Positions 11,432-24,845 of a stretch of 64,000 nt of DNA are shown here, in pieces. A program made the translations under genes and the position numbers. The notes under the pieces were generated by a model that searched no databases, had not been told where the DNA came from, and was given only the letters and a program-made list of their open reading frames with translations. This DNA comes from Eledone cirrhosa (lineage: Eukaryota): the NCBI GenBank assembly GCA_964016885.1, contig OZ024756.1, positions 6,696,001 through 6,760,000 of the forward strand. Reading direction: 5' to 3'. Positions within the stretch are counted from its first letter, which is position 1. The number at the start of each line of letters is the position of its first letter.

Positions 11432-13900
11432 AAGTCACACACACAGAGACACACATACATATATATACACAGACGCACACACACAGAGACACACATACAT
11501 ATATATACACAGACACACACACACAGAGACACACATACATATATATACACAGACACACACACAGAGACACACATACATATATATACACAGACACACACAC
11601 ACAGAGACACACAGACAGACATACACACATAGACACACGCGTGCACACATACATACACACATACGCGAACACATACACACCATACACACACACGCACACA
11701 CACACAAACACACACACACAGACATTCATATATATATACACACACAGAGAGACACAGTCAGACATACACACATAGACGCACGCGTGCACACACACATACA
11801 TACACACATTCGCGCACGCGCACACATACACACCATAAACACACACGCACGCACACACACAGACATACACACAGACACACATACATACACACACACACAC
11901 ATACACACATACACACACACATACACACGCACACACACACACACGCACCCACCCAGCCCCTCACACATACACACATACATACCCACGCACCCACCCCACA
12001 CATACACATCCACACATACACACACAGATACACACACACATACACATTCATACATACACATGTGTGTGTGCATGTTTGTGTGTGTGTATATATGCATATA
12101 TTTGTATATGTACATATATGTTTGTGTGTGTGTGCGTGTGTATGCGCATGTGAGTCTATGTGTGGGTCTGTGTGTCTGTGAGCGTGTGTGTGTATGTGCC
12201 TCTGAGTCTGTGTGTGTGTGTGTGTGTCTGTGCGTGTGTATGTTTCTATCTATGTTTGTATGCCCGTTTGTTTGTGTCTGTGTGTTTGTATCTATAATTA
12301 TCTGTGTGTATATGGGTATGTTTCTTTGTATGTAAATGTGTCTGTATGTTTGTGTCTCGTATGATTGTGTGTGTGTATGTGTATGTATGACTGTATATAT
12401 GTGTGTGTTTGTGTGTGTGTATGTGTGTATGTATGGCTGTATGTTTGTGTATGTTTGTGAGTGTGCCTGTGTGTATGGTTGGCTGTATGTTTGTGTATGC
12501 TTATGTGTCTGTATGCCTGTACGTTTGTGTCTATGTTTCTGTGTGTCTACGTGTGTGTGTGTATGTAAGCCTGTATGTTTGTGCCTGTATGTGTGTGTGT
12601 ATGTATGCCTGTATATTTGTGTGTGTGTGTGTATGTATGCCTGTATATTTGTGTGTATGTATGCCTGTATGTTTGTGTCTATGTGGGTGTATGTGTATGT
12701 GCATGTGTATGACTGCATGTTTGTGTCTGTATGTGTGTGTGTATGTATGCCTGTATGATTGTGTCTGTGTGTGTGTATGCCTGTATGTTTGTGTCTATGT
12801 GTGTGTGTGTATGTCTGTATGTTTGTGTGTGTGTGTGTGTGTGTGTGTCTATGCCTGTATGTTTGTGTCTGTATGTGTGTGTATGTATGCCTGTATATTT
12901 GTGTCTGTGTGTGTATGTATGCCTGTATGTTTGTGTCTGTGTGTGCGTGTGCATGTATCTATGCCTGTATGTTTGTGTCTGTGTGTGCGTGTGTGGGTAT
13001 GTATCCCTGTATGTTTGTGTCTGTGTGTGCGTGTGTGGGTATGTATCCCTGTATGTTTGTGTCTGTGTGTGTGTACCGGTAAGCCTTATGTTTGTGTCTG
13101 TCTGTGTCTGTGTGTGTATGTATCCCTGTATGTTTCTGTCTGTGTGTGTTTGTGTGTGTGTATGCCTGTATGTTTGTGTCTGTGCGTGTGTGTGTGTTTG
13201 TGTATGGGTATGTAAGCCTGTATATTTGTGCCTGTGTGTGTGTGTATGTGTATGTAAGCCTGTATGTCTGTGCCTGTGTGTGTGTGTGTATGTGTATGTA
13301 AGCCTGTATGTTTGTGCCTGTGTGTGTGTGTGTGTATGTGTATGTAAGCCTGTATTTTTGTGCCTAAGTGTGTGTGTGTGTATGTGTATGTAAGCATGTA
13401 TGTTTGTGCCTGTGTGTGTGTGTGTGCGTGTGTGTATGTATGCCTGTATGTTTGTGTCTGTCTCTGTGTGTGTGTGTATGTATGACTGTATGTGTGTGTG
13501 TGTGTGTGTGTGTGTATGCCTGTATGTTTGTGCCTGTGTGTGTGTGTGTGTATGTGTATGTAAGCCTGTATGTTTGTGCCTGTGTGTGTGTGTGCGTGTG
13601 TGTATGTAAGCCTGTACGTTTATGTCTGTCTGTGTGTGTGTGTGTATGTATGCCTGTATGTTTGTATGTTTGTGTGTGTGTGTATGTGTGTGTGTGTGTA
13701 TGCCTGTATGTTTGTGTCTGTGCGTGTGTGTGTGTGTGTGTGTATGGGTATGTAAGCCTGTATATTTGTGCCTGTGTATGTGTGTGTGTGTATGTGTATG
13801 TAAGCCTGTATGTTTGTGCCTGTGTGTTTGTGTGCGTGTGTGTATGCATGCCTGTATGTTTGTGTCTATTGTGTCTATGTGTTTATGTGTCTGTGTGTCT
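11432..13900. repeat. (CA)n-rich tract followed by (TG)n-rich tract
   Basis: Strand switch near 12060. Confidence 0.9.
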
Positions 13901-14197
13901 GTGGAGACATCTCTACCTGTAAAGCAGTCAATTCGTCTGTCAGACAATGTGATTTTTTCTGTAACTCCTTTAACTCTTAACATCCTTCAATAATTTTATA
14001 GAGAAAAACGGATGTGTGAACTTAAATGTTTGTAGTTTCCTTATTAGGGGACAGATTGCTGTGGAAATATGTAATATTAGAGTATATACTTTAGTGTTTA
14101 ATGTGATGCAGCCACATTGCTGTTTATACATTTGTGATACAGGATGTAAAAATAAAGATCCCATAACTCCTTGTGGAGTCGTAGAGGCCAGCCCTAT

Positions 14198-14645
14198 CCA
14201 GGTCTGAACACACTACATCGTCATACGGTGTGTCTAGGGCACTTTTAAACCTGGCGGAGCCCAGCCCTCTCCAGGTCTGAACACACTACATCGTCATACG
14301 GTGTGTCTAGGGCACTTTTAAACCTGGCGGAGCCCAGCCCTCTCCAGGTCTGATCACACTACATCGTCATACGGTGTGTCTAGGGCACTTTTAAACCTGG
14401 CGGAGCCCAGCCCTCTCCAGGTCTGAACACACTACATCGTCATACGGTGTGTCTAGGGCACTTTTAAACCTGGCGGAGCCCAGCCCTCTCCAGGTCAGAA
14501 CACACTACATCGTCATACGGCGTGTCTAGGGCACTTTTAAACCTGGCGGTGCCCAGCCCTCTCCAGGTCAGAACACACTACATCGTCATACGGCGTGTCT
14601 AGGGCACTTTTAAACCAGGTGGAGACCAACCAGATCCAGGTCAGA
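14198..14645. repeat. 73-bp tandem repeat, six units, with internal hairpins
   Basis: Unit starts at 14198, 14271, 14344, 14417, 14490, 14563, partial at 14636. Confidence 0.95.
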
Positions 14646-14671
14646 AGACAGCCGATTTTTTCTATAGAGGA

Positions 14672-14825
14672 AGAATCGACCCCAGTACTAGACTGGTACT
14701 CTTTTTATCGACCTCGAAAGGATGAAAGTCAAATTTGACCTCGGCATGATTTGAACTCAGAACGTGCAGTAATGTGGGACGAATACCTTAAAACGTCTAT
14801 CTGACGTCTTAACGACTCTACCAAT
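14672..14825 (-). mobile_element. tRNA-derived SINE, diverged
   Basis: ctggtact...tatcgacctcgaaaggatgaaag...atttgaactcag. Confidence 0.8.
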
Positions 14826-15064
14826 TAGAGGATCTCTAATGAGTTAGAATTTAATAATGAGTATCCTAGGTTCTCTTCGACACACACACACACACACAGA
14901 CAGACACACACACAGACACACACACACACACATAAACACACACACAAAACCCTAAAATTTATGTGGGTTAGGTACTTGTCATCGAATACGTTTTCTGTAT
15001 TGTTGTTTTTTTAGCTCCCTAAATTATTTAACACTGATAGACTTGTGATACACAGGTCCCTGGC

Positions 15065-15470
15065 AGGAGGAGGAGGAGGAGGAGGAGGAGGAGGAGAATG
15101 AGGAGGAGGAGGAGGAGGAGGAGAAGGATGGGGGAGGAGGAGGAGGGGAGAAGAAGAAGAAGAAGAAGAAAAAGAAAAAGAAAAAGAAAAAGAAAAAGAA
15201 AAAGAAAAAGAAAAAGATAAAGAAAAAGAAAAAGAAGTAAAAGAATAAAAAGAAAAAGAAAAAGAAAAAAGAAAAAAAAGAAAAAGAAGAAAAAAAAGCA
15301 AAAGAAGAAGAAGAAGAAGAAGAAGAAGAAGAAGAAGAAGAAGAAGAAGAAGAAGAAAAATAATAAGATGAAGAAGAAACAGAAGAAGTAAAAGAAGAAG
15401 TAAAAGAAGAAGAAGAAGAAGAAGAAGAAGAAGAAGAAGAAGAAGAAGAAGAAGAAGAAGAAGAAGAAAT
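15065..15470. repeat. Polypurine (GGA)n/(GAAAAA)n/(GAA)n tract
   Basis: Direct reading. Confidence 0.95.
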
Positions 15471-15689
15471 GTTCAGAGCCTGTTAGAAGTGGGTAATGAG
15501 CTGGTACATCGATTTGGTGCCCGGAGAATCCAGGACGAACCCATAAATATTTTACCAGCCCCCCGCCCCCAACGTAACCCCTCACCACTCCTTCCTGGAA
15601 TATTAGAGAATTCCTCGTGTCATTATGGCCCTAAAGGAATATGATCAGGGACAAATTAAACTTGCAGGGGGCTTCTAGCTGAGAGTTTC

Positions 15690-16090
15690 TTAGGTGCACT
15701 TTAAATATTGTGGGGACCACTGGTTGAAAGTTTCCTTGAGACCCTTTAAATATTCTGGGGACTACTGGCTGGAAGTTTCATAGAGACCCTTTAAATATTC
15801 CGGGAGCTCCCTAGCAGAATGTTTCCTCGAGGCCTTTGAAATATTTTGGGGTGTTCTGACTGAAAGAACCATGGAAGCCTTTTAAATATTCTGGGGCGGA
15901 GGATGACTGAAAGGTTCATCCCGGCCTTTAAATATCCTGGCGGTTCCTGGCTGAAAGGTTCATCCAGGCCCTTTAAATATTCAGGTGGTTCCTGGCTGAA
16001 AGGTTCATCCAGGCCCTTTCAATATTCAGGTGGTTCCTGGCAGAAAGGTTCATCCCGGCCCTTTCAATATTCTGGGAGTCCTTGGTTGGA
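15690..16090. repeat. ~42-bp degenerate minisatellite (CCTTTAAATATTC...GCTGAAAGGTTCATCC)
   Basis: About 9 units. Confidence 0.85.
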
Positions 16091-16139
16091 TTCCAGTCCC
16101 TACACCTTAGTCTATCACTGCTTGTAATAATACACATCA

Positions 16140-16182
16140 CAACAACAACAGGTAAAACTACGAGAGTATTTTACACAACACG

Positions 16183-16219
<37 letters not shown>

Positions 16220-17955
16220 CCAGGTAAAACTGCAGTGTTTAATATATGTTCAGGTAAAATAACAAGAACTACACCAACAACAAGTACACCACCACCACCA
16301 CCAACAACAACAACAGGTAAGACAATGCAGTGTTTAATATATGTTCAGGTAAAACAACACCAACAACAACAACAACAACAACAACAGGTAAGACAATGCA
16401 GTATTTAATATATGTTCAGGTAAAACAACAACAACTACACCAACAACAGGTAAGACAATACAGTGTTTAATATATGTTCAGGTAAAACAACACCAACTAC
16501 AACAACAACAACAACAACAGGTAAGACAATGCAGTGTTTAATATATGTTCAGGTAAAACAACACCAACTACAAAAACAACAACAACAACAGGTAAGACAA
16601 TGCAGCGTTTAATATATGTTCAGGTAAAACAACACCAACTACAACAACAACAACAGGTAAGAAAATGCAGTGTTTAATATATGTTCAGGTAAAACAACAA
16701 CAACAACAACAACAACATGTAAGACAATGCAGTGTTTAATATATGTTCAGGTAAAACAACACCAGCTACAAAAACAACAACAACAGGTGAGACAATGCAG
16801 CGTTTAATATATGTTCAGGTAAAACAACACCAACTACACCAACAACAACAACAACAACAGGTAAGACAATGTAGTGTTTAATATATGTTCAGGTAAAACA
16901 ACAACAACAACAACAACAGGTAAGACAATGCAGTGTTTAATATATGTTCAGGTAAAACAACACCAACTACAACAACAACAACAACAACATGTAAGACAAT
17001 GCAGTGTTTAATATATGTTCAGGTAAAACAACACCAACAACAACACCAACACCAACTACACCAACAACAACAACGACAACAACAACAGGTCAGACAATGC
17101 AGTGTTTAATATATGTTCAGGTAAAACAACACCAACTGCAACAACAACAACAACAGGTAAGACAATGCAGTGTTTAATATATGTTCAGGTAAAACAACAC
17201 CAACTACAACAACAACAACAACAACAACATGTAAGACAATGCAGTGTTTAATATAGGTTCAGGTAAAACAACACCAACAACAACACCAACACCAACTACA
17301 CCAACAACAACAACGACAACAACAACAGGTAAGACAATGCAGTGTTTAATATATGTTCAGGTAAAACAACACCAACTACACCAACAACAACAGGTAAGAC
17401 AATGCAGTGTTTAATATATGTTCAGGTAAAACAACACCAACAACAACACCAACACCAACTACACCAACAACACCAGGTAAGACAATGCAGTGTTTAATAT
17501 ATGTTCAGGTAAAACAACACCAACAACAACACCAACACCAACTACACCAACAACACCAGGTAAGACAATGCAGTGTTTAATATATGTTCAGGTAAAACAA
17601 CACCAACTACACCAACAACAACAGGTAAGACAATGCAGTGTTTAATATATGTTCAGGTAAAACAACACCAACAACAACACCAACACCAACTACACCAACA
17701 ACACCAGGTAAGACAATGCAGTGTTTAATATATGTTCAGGTAAAACAACACCAACAACAACACCAACACCAACTACACCAACAACACCAGGTAAGACAAT
17801 GCAGTGTTTAATATATGTTCAGGTAAAACAACACCAACTACACCAACAACAACAGGTAAGACAATGCAGTGTTTAATATATGTTCAGGTAAAACAACAAC
17901 AACTACACCAACAACAACAGGTAAGACAATGCAGTGTTTAATATATGTTCAGGTA

Positions 17956-17990
<35 letters not shown>

Positions 17991-18523
17991 GGTAAGACAA
18001 TGCAGTGTTTAATATATGTTCAGGTAAAACAACACCAACTACACCAACAACAACAGGTAAGACAATGCAGTGTTTAATATATGTTCAGGTAAAACAACAA
18101 CAACTACACCAACAACAACAGGTAAGACAATGCAGTGTTTAATATATGTTCAGGTAAAACAACAACAACAACAACAACACCAACAACAACAGGTAAGACA
18201 ATGCAGTGTTTAATATATGTTCAGGTAAAACAACACCAACAACAACACCAACACCAACTACACCAACAACACCAGGTAAGACAATGCAGTGTTTAATATA
18301 TGTTCAGGTAAAACAACACCAACAACAACACCAACACCAACTACACCAACAACACCAGGTAAGACAATGCAGTGTTTAATATATGTTCAGGTAAAACAAC
18401 ACCAACTACACCAACAACAACAGGTAAGACAATGCAGTGTTTAATATATGTTCAGGTAAAACAACACCAACTACACCAACAACAACAGGTAAGACAATGC
18501 AGTGTTTAATATATGTTCAGGTA

Positions 18524-18561
<38 letters not shown>

Positions 18562-18810
18562 GGTAAGACAATGCAGTGTTTAATATATGTTCAGGTAAAA
18601 CAACACCAATTACAACAACAACAACAGGTAAGACAATGCAGTGTTTAATATATGTTCAGGTAAAACAACACCAACAACAACAACAACAACAGGTAAGACA
18701 ATGCAGTGTTTAACATATGTTCAGGTAAAACAACACCAACTACAACAACAACAACAACAACAACAACAGGTGAGACAATGCAGTGTTTAATATATGTTCA
18801 GGTAAAAGAA
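16140..18810 (+). repeat. Array of ~36 constant units (CAGGTAAGACAATGCAGTGTTTAATATATGTTCAGGTAAAA) separated by variable (CAA/CAC/CTA)n spacers
   Basis: Direct reading; not CRISPR (see rejected list). Confidence 0.95.
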
Positions 18811-18884
18811 CAACACAACTTTTACCTGTGAAGAACAACGGGACATAACAATAAATAGAAACACTGGGTTGGATGTCACCTCTG

Positions 18885-19017
18885 TGTGTATATATATATA
18901 TATATATATATGTGTGTGGGGGGGGGGGTGAATATATATGTGTGTGTATGGGGGGTGTATATATATATATATACGTGTGTGGGTGGGTGTGTATATATAT
19001 ATATGTGTGTGTATGGG

Positions 19018-19052
<35 letters not shown>

Positions 19053-19301
19053 GTCTGTGGGTGGGTGTGTATATATATGTGTGTGTGTGGGTATGTGTTG
19101 GTGTATATATGTGTGTGTGTGTGTGGGTGTGTTGGTGTATATATATATATGTGTGTGTGTAAAGGTGGGTGTGTGTGTCTGGGAGTGTGTTGGTGTGTAT
19201 ATGTGTGTGTGTGTGTTGGTGGGTGTGTGTGTGTGTTGGTGGGTGTGTGTGTGTGTGTTGGTGTGTATATATATATGTGTGGGTGTGTGGGTATTGGTGT
19301 G

Positions 19302-19334
<33 letters not shown>

Positions 19335-20140
19335 TAGTGTGTGTATATATATATATATGTGTGTGCATGTGTGGGTGTCAGTGTGTGAGTGGCTATGTCT
19401 CTGTATGTGTGTGAGTTGGTGTGTTGGTGTGTTTGTGTGTTTGAGTGTATATATATATATATGAAAATATATATATATATATGTATATAAATATATGTAT
19501 TCGTGTGTGTATGGGGAGGGGACATTCCTGTGTGTGTGACAGTGTGTGTGTGTGACAGTGTGTGTGTGGTGTGTATGTGAAGCGACGTCTGTGTATGGGG
19601 GGATATATCTATGTGTGTGTTAGTGTGTGTGTGTGTGACAGTCTGTGTGTGTGTCAGTGTGTATGAAGCGATGTATGTGTGTGTGGGGGGGGGGTATATA
19701 CATGCGTGTGTGTGTGTGTGTCTGTTTGTGGCGATGTGTGTGTGTTTAGGGGTAGGTGGGGTCATTTGTGTGTGAGAATCCCGGTGTGTGAGTGGGGGGT
19801 GATGTGTGTGTGGGGGATGTGTGTGTGTATGTGGAGGGGGGTGATTTGCGTGTGAGAATCCCGATGTGTGTGTATATGTGGGGGGGGGGTTATTTGTGTG
19901 TGAGAATCCCGATGTGTGTGTATATGTGGGTGGGTGGGGTGATTTGTGTGTGAGAATCCCGATGTGTGTGTGGGGGGTGGGGGGGTGATGTGTTTGTGTG
20001 GGGCGGGGGGTTGTGTGTGGGTGGGGGGGGGGTGCGTGTGTGAGTGTGTGGTGGGGGGTGATATGTGTGTGTGTGGTGTGTGGTGGGGGGTGATGTGTGA
20101 GTGTGCGTTGGTGGTGGGGGGTGATGTGTGTGTGAGAATC
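18885..20140. repeat. TG/TA/G-rich low-complexity tract
   Basis: Direct reading. Confidence 0.85.
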
Positions 20141-20514
20141 CCGATTCACAAGTTTACCGATGAAATGTCTATTTGGTTGAAAGATGTTGACATGTCCCCT
20201 CATCCGTTCCTCCACCCCATCCTCCACCCCATCCCCCACAACCCCGGTCCTTCTGTCATCTTTAACACCACTACACAATGTCCTGCTCCACCTTCCCCTC
20301 ACCCACCACTCCATCCTATCCTCCTCCTCTCCCTCTCACCCACCATTCCGTCTTATCCTCCTCCCCCTTTCTTCTACTCCTCCCCTTCCGCTCACCCACC
20401 ATTCCATTTTATCCCCCACCCCACCCCTTCCTCTTATCCTCCTCCTCTCCCTGCCACTCACACCTCTACCATTCCGTGTCCACAACTTAACCCTAATTTC
20501 TAACTTCATGGGAA

Positions 20515-20667
20515 TTTAGCACTTGTTGACGTTATTTTGACGTATAGAGTTACGGCCCTTGCCGTTCTGAGTTGAACTTTGCCTTTCCTCCTTACGGGGT
20601 CGATAAAATGAAGTACCAGTAATGTACTGGGTTATTGCTGGCCTTGTGCCTAAAGTAGAACAAATTA
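20515..20667 (+). mobile_element. tRNA-derived SINE, internally deleted
   Basis: Core and tail match the dominant family. Confidence 0.8.
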
Positions 20668-20709
20668 TATTATATATATATATTATATATAATATATATA
20701 TATATATAT

Positions 20710-21116
20710 GGAAAGTTATATTTAAATTGTTGGGTTACAACTAGTAAATATTAATAACTGATATAAAAGCACTCGACAAGTATTTGGAGTATATTTACGA
20801 TATTAAATAAATGGAAACTATATTTATAAAACCATATTTATTTCATTATATATATTTCAAATGGGCACCCTAAACTTTTTGAAATAATTTTTGCTAGATG
20901 CGATTTGATAAATAATTTTTAGCTTTATCTGTTTTCGACTCTGATGTTTATAATGAACTTGGCAATATATTGTCAATTAATTTTGAAGGGTTGATCTTTG
21001 TGGTTTATTTTTATTATTGTAGTATTTTCTAATATTTTTATTTTTAATATGTAATATTTTTAATATGTAATATGTAATATTTTTTCGTAATATTTTTTAG
21101 TTTTCTATTTTATTAT

Positions 21117-21149
<33 letters not shown>

Positions 21150-22125
21150 GTTGTTGTTTTTTGGTTTTTGTTTCTGATATATTTTTTATTAATATATTGA
21201 AATCTGCTCTCTATTTCTGCTTGATAGATAATCTTGTAGAGTAAAGACAAGAATAGTAGTAATATAGACTCTATATATATATGTGTATATATATACACAT
21301 ATGTGTATACTTAAATTTTTATAGCACAATGAGAATGTTTTCCGTGCGAACCTAGGGTTTGCAGAGTTGATCATGTAAATTCACATCGATGTTTGTAGTT
21401 ATCATATAAACATATGAATTTTTAAAAACTAAACATAAGATCATTACTTTTCACACATTATGGATACGTGTCTCATTCAGGAATACTGATAGTTTCAATA
21501 TAGAGCCTGATTTTTATACATATTTATACATATTAATACTTCTACATTAAAACATAGGGTTTTTATGCTTCGCCTATGTCTGGTTACTTTTCATTTTTCT
21601 CTATATATAACAGCTGGTTTCTCTCCTAACCACATATATCTCCCTTACATTAATACTAGAGCTAAATAAATAAATAAATAAATAAATAAATGTATCATTG
21701 ATACGTTTACTCAACTGATGTCCAACTACATATTTTTCTATATATATATCTATCTCTATCTATTTCCTCTCTCTATATATATCTCTCTCTGTTTCTTTAC
21801 ATGAAGTTCTTCTCTTTATCTATCTTTCCATCTCTCTATTTTGTTCCATGCATTTCTTCTTTTTCTTCTTTTTCTTCTTTTTCTTCGTTTTCTGTCTTTC
21901 TTTTCTTTTCTTTCTTTCTGTTTACAATTTTTTCACTGCCAATTCAACTTTTCAAATACAAGTGGATGTTGTACGGTATGTCAAATCTATTTATCTATAA
22001 AACTGTTTATATTGTATTTTGTCTGAGGAAGGCATAGCATATTGTTAATATGATATCCCTGAAATATATATAATGAAATAAATATGGTTTTATGAATATA
22101 GTTTCCATTTATTTAATATCGTATA
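20710..22125. mobile_element. Decayed Penelope-like remnant with inverted family-B termini and an AT-rich interior
   Basis: 20800-20860 is the reverse complement of 22060-22122; hammerhead-like motif in the right arm; flanked by (TA)n. Confidence 0.5.
22015..22080 (+). ncRNA. Degenerate type I hammerhead ribozyme (family B)
   Basis: tattttgt-CTGAGGA-stem II-GAAA-tatatat-aatgaaata. Confidence 0.5.
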
Positions 22126-22165
22126 TATATATATATATATATTATATATATTATATTTTATATAT

Positions 22166-22254
<89 letters not shown>

Positions 22255-22257
<3 letters not shown>

Positions 22258-22836
22258 TATGTATACTTACATACATATATGTATACAGACGTACAGTAGT
22301 ATGTATATATATATACATACATGCACACACATATATATATGTACGTATCGATTCACCAAACATTTATTACAATGCTCGGTGTGTTTGTAAACAAACATCC
22401 CGTATTAAGCCGCAGTGTCTAGCAACCACCGTTGCTCGTTTGTTCAATACTGACAAAGGAACGCTGTACTAAAGAGTGGGAAATGAAATTTCGTTTCATT
22501 TTTTCCGTTTATCGTTTTCGGTGCACCCGGCCGATTAACCCACTCGATATGCAAATTGGGCTACTCAGCCGTTAATATGCATAAGGAAAGTATATACTTT
22601 CGGACGTTCAACTATCTGGCAGGAAGGTATACGTTGCTGACGATAGCTAACAAGCTTGAAATTAGTACAGCGTTCCTTTGTCAGTGTTGAACAAACGAGC
22701 ATCGGTGGTTGCTAGACACTTCGGCTTAATACGGGATGTTTGTTTACAAACACACGGAGCATTGTAATAAATGTTTGGTGAATCCATACGTACATATATA
22801 TATATGTGTGCATATTTCGTTTCATTTTTTCCATTT
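22255..22836. mobile_element. Hammerhead-bearing pLTR/retrozyme-like element (family C), inverted arrangement
   Basis: 22330-22472 is the reverse complement of 22662-22812; flanked by (TA)n on both sides. Confidence 0.75.
22631..22673 (+). ncRNA. Minimal type I hammerhead ribozyme (family C)
   Basis: acgttg-CTGACGA-tagct aaca agctt-GAAA-ttaGTA-cagcgt; stem I acgttg/cagcgt. Confidence 0.75.
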
Positions 22837-22840
22837 ATAC

Positions 22841-22984
<144 letters not shown>

Positions 22985-23656
22985 ACTAGAAATAGATTGA
23001 CATATATATATATTAAAATAAACTCATGAAACAATCACAGGGGATAATTAGGTAGGTAACTAATTAAAATTGAACTAGAACTTCAAATATTACCTTTTAA
23101 AAATGATTAATCATCCTTGTATATATTTTACTAATGAAATGTATTTCACCATTAATCCGTAAAGTCACAGTAGTCAAAACGAATCTTCAGCAAGGGAGAA
23201 TATCAACTATCTGGGCTTACACATCAAATGCAAATCTGCGAATGACCCGTCACACGTGTTGCATTTTTAAAACTACACACGTCGTACCAGCGTCATCCCA
23301 GTGGCGTGAATAGGTTTATCGACAGCTAGAAATAGCAGCCGAGTCCTTTCAACTGAGTTAGCTCTGCAAAATTAAATTAAATTAAGGGTCATTTCCGAGA
23401 CGTGCGCCATATCCACCGTGGAATAAGCTCAAAAATTCTAATGAATAGATCCGAGCATTTTATATCAACTAGAAATTGATTGAAATATATATATATATTG
23501 TTATACTTTGGGAGGGTCATGTTGCCAATAAGAAACACACGCACCAGTTGCTTTCACTTCAATTTATTATATATTTATAAATTTATAAATTTACAAATCT
23601 ACAAACTTATAAATTTCTGGTTGGTTGGTTCCACAACCAGATAGTTGTTTATATAT

Positions 23657-23701
23657 AGTCATAGTCCTTTCGTCACACACTCTGTGACCTCTTCAGTGAC
23701 T
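23657..23701 (-). ncRNA. Minimal type I hammerhead ribozyme (family D)
   Basis: Reverse complement: agtca-CTGAAGA-ggtcaca gagtg tgtgac-GAAA-ggacta-tgact. Confidence 0.7.
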
Positions 23702-23956
23702 GGGGATTCCTTTCTTTTTTTCTGTGCCTTTCCTTTCTTCTGTCCTACGCCATTTTATATATATATAAAATAAACATATGAAACAATCACAGGGGATAAT
23801 TTGTAAAGTGTGTAATCACACATAGCTAGGCAGGTAACTACTTAAAGTTTAACTAGAACTTCAAATATTACCTTAAGGTATATATATATATAAATAAAAT
23901 ATATATATATAATATTATATAATATAAAATCAAAAGATGGTTAAAAGAGTTCCAAG

Positions 23957-24027
23957 TATTTTATTATGCGCATTTCAAAAACAAATATCATCATGGGATG
24001 ATATCTGCGTTCTCATCAGATAAAATA
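23957..24027 (-). ncRNA. Minimal type I hammerhead ribozyme (family A)
   Basis: Reverse complement: tattttat-CTGATGA-long stem II (gaacgcagatatcatc ccat gatgatatttgttttt)-GAAA-tgcgcata-ataaaata; palindromic ATGCGCAT. Confidence 0.8.
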
Positions 24028-24302
24028 GGGAGACATGATATGAAGCTTAAAAAACACTTGTGGGCAGTGAAGTGTTAAATCAACATATGAAAAATAAAGT
24101 AAGATAGATACATGAGATTGGGAAAACAATGTGGGGGTGGGGGGAAGTAGGAAAAGGTAAGGAAGAGGAAGAAAGAAAACAAAGGATATATATATATATA
24201 ATATTATATATATATATATATACCCACCACTCTCAAGAGCGTGAAATTAATAAACCTTTGTTTGCACTCCCTCTCTGTTTTTGTTCCCGTTCCAGTTTTC
24301 AC

Positions 24303-24383
<81 letters not shown>

Positions 24384-24406
24384 TGTATGGGGTATATAGA
24401 ACATTA

Positions 24407-24600
24407 ATAATTGTTTCTACTTTAGGCACAAGGCCAGCAATTATATCAGTACATTACTGGTACTTTATTTTATCGACTCCGTAAGGATGAAAGGCAAAGT
24501 TAACCTCGGCGCGGGATTTGAACTCAGACTGTAAAGGGACGTAGCTATGCTGGAAAGCATGGTGTCCAACCCTCTACCGATACTGCCAATTCACCGCCCT
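24407..24600 (-). mobile_element. Full-length tRNA-derived SINE
   Basis: Tail, core, B-box and A-box through gggcggtgaattggc. Confidence 0.9.
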
Positions 24601-24845
24601 GAAGAGGTAATCACATACACACACACAAACACGCATATATACTCTCATATATACGCATATAACGATATATAGAACATTAATAATAATGTTCGATCAGAAT
24701 TAGGCCTCGATACGGCTTTGCTCTGCCGTCGGGGTCCTGAACATTTTCCTATTACCCACTCTACTACCCTAAGTATCGAGTACTCTGGTGCGTTGTGGTC
24801 CACCTGGTTCCTTACCACACTTCCTTCTTTATATATATATATATA

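Noticed and set aside
2751-13993. Long ORFs (poly-T/P/H/V, CVCV, THTH)
   Set aside because: Translations of di- and trinucleotide microsatellites, open in many frames on both strands
14198-14645. Tandem tRNA genes (73-bp unit)
   Set aside because: No cloverleaf, no A-box, and only a weak B-box-like GTTCAGACC on -
16140-18810. CRISPR array
   Set aside because: Spacers are (CAA)n slippage variants rather than unique sequences; no cas genes; eukaryotic context
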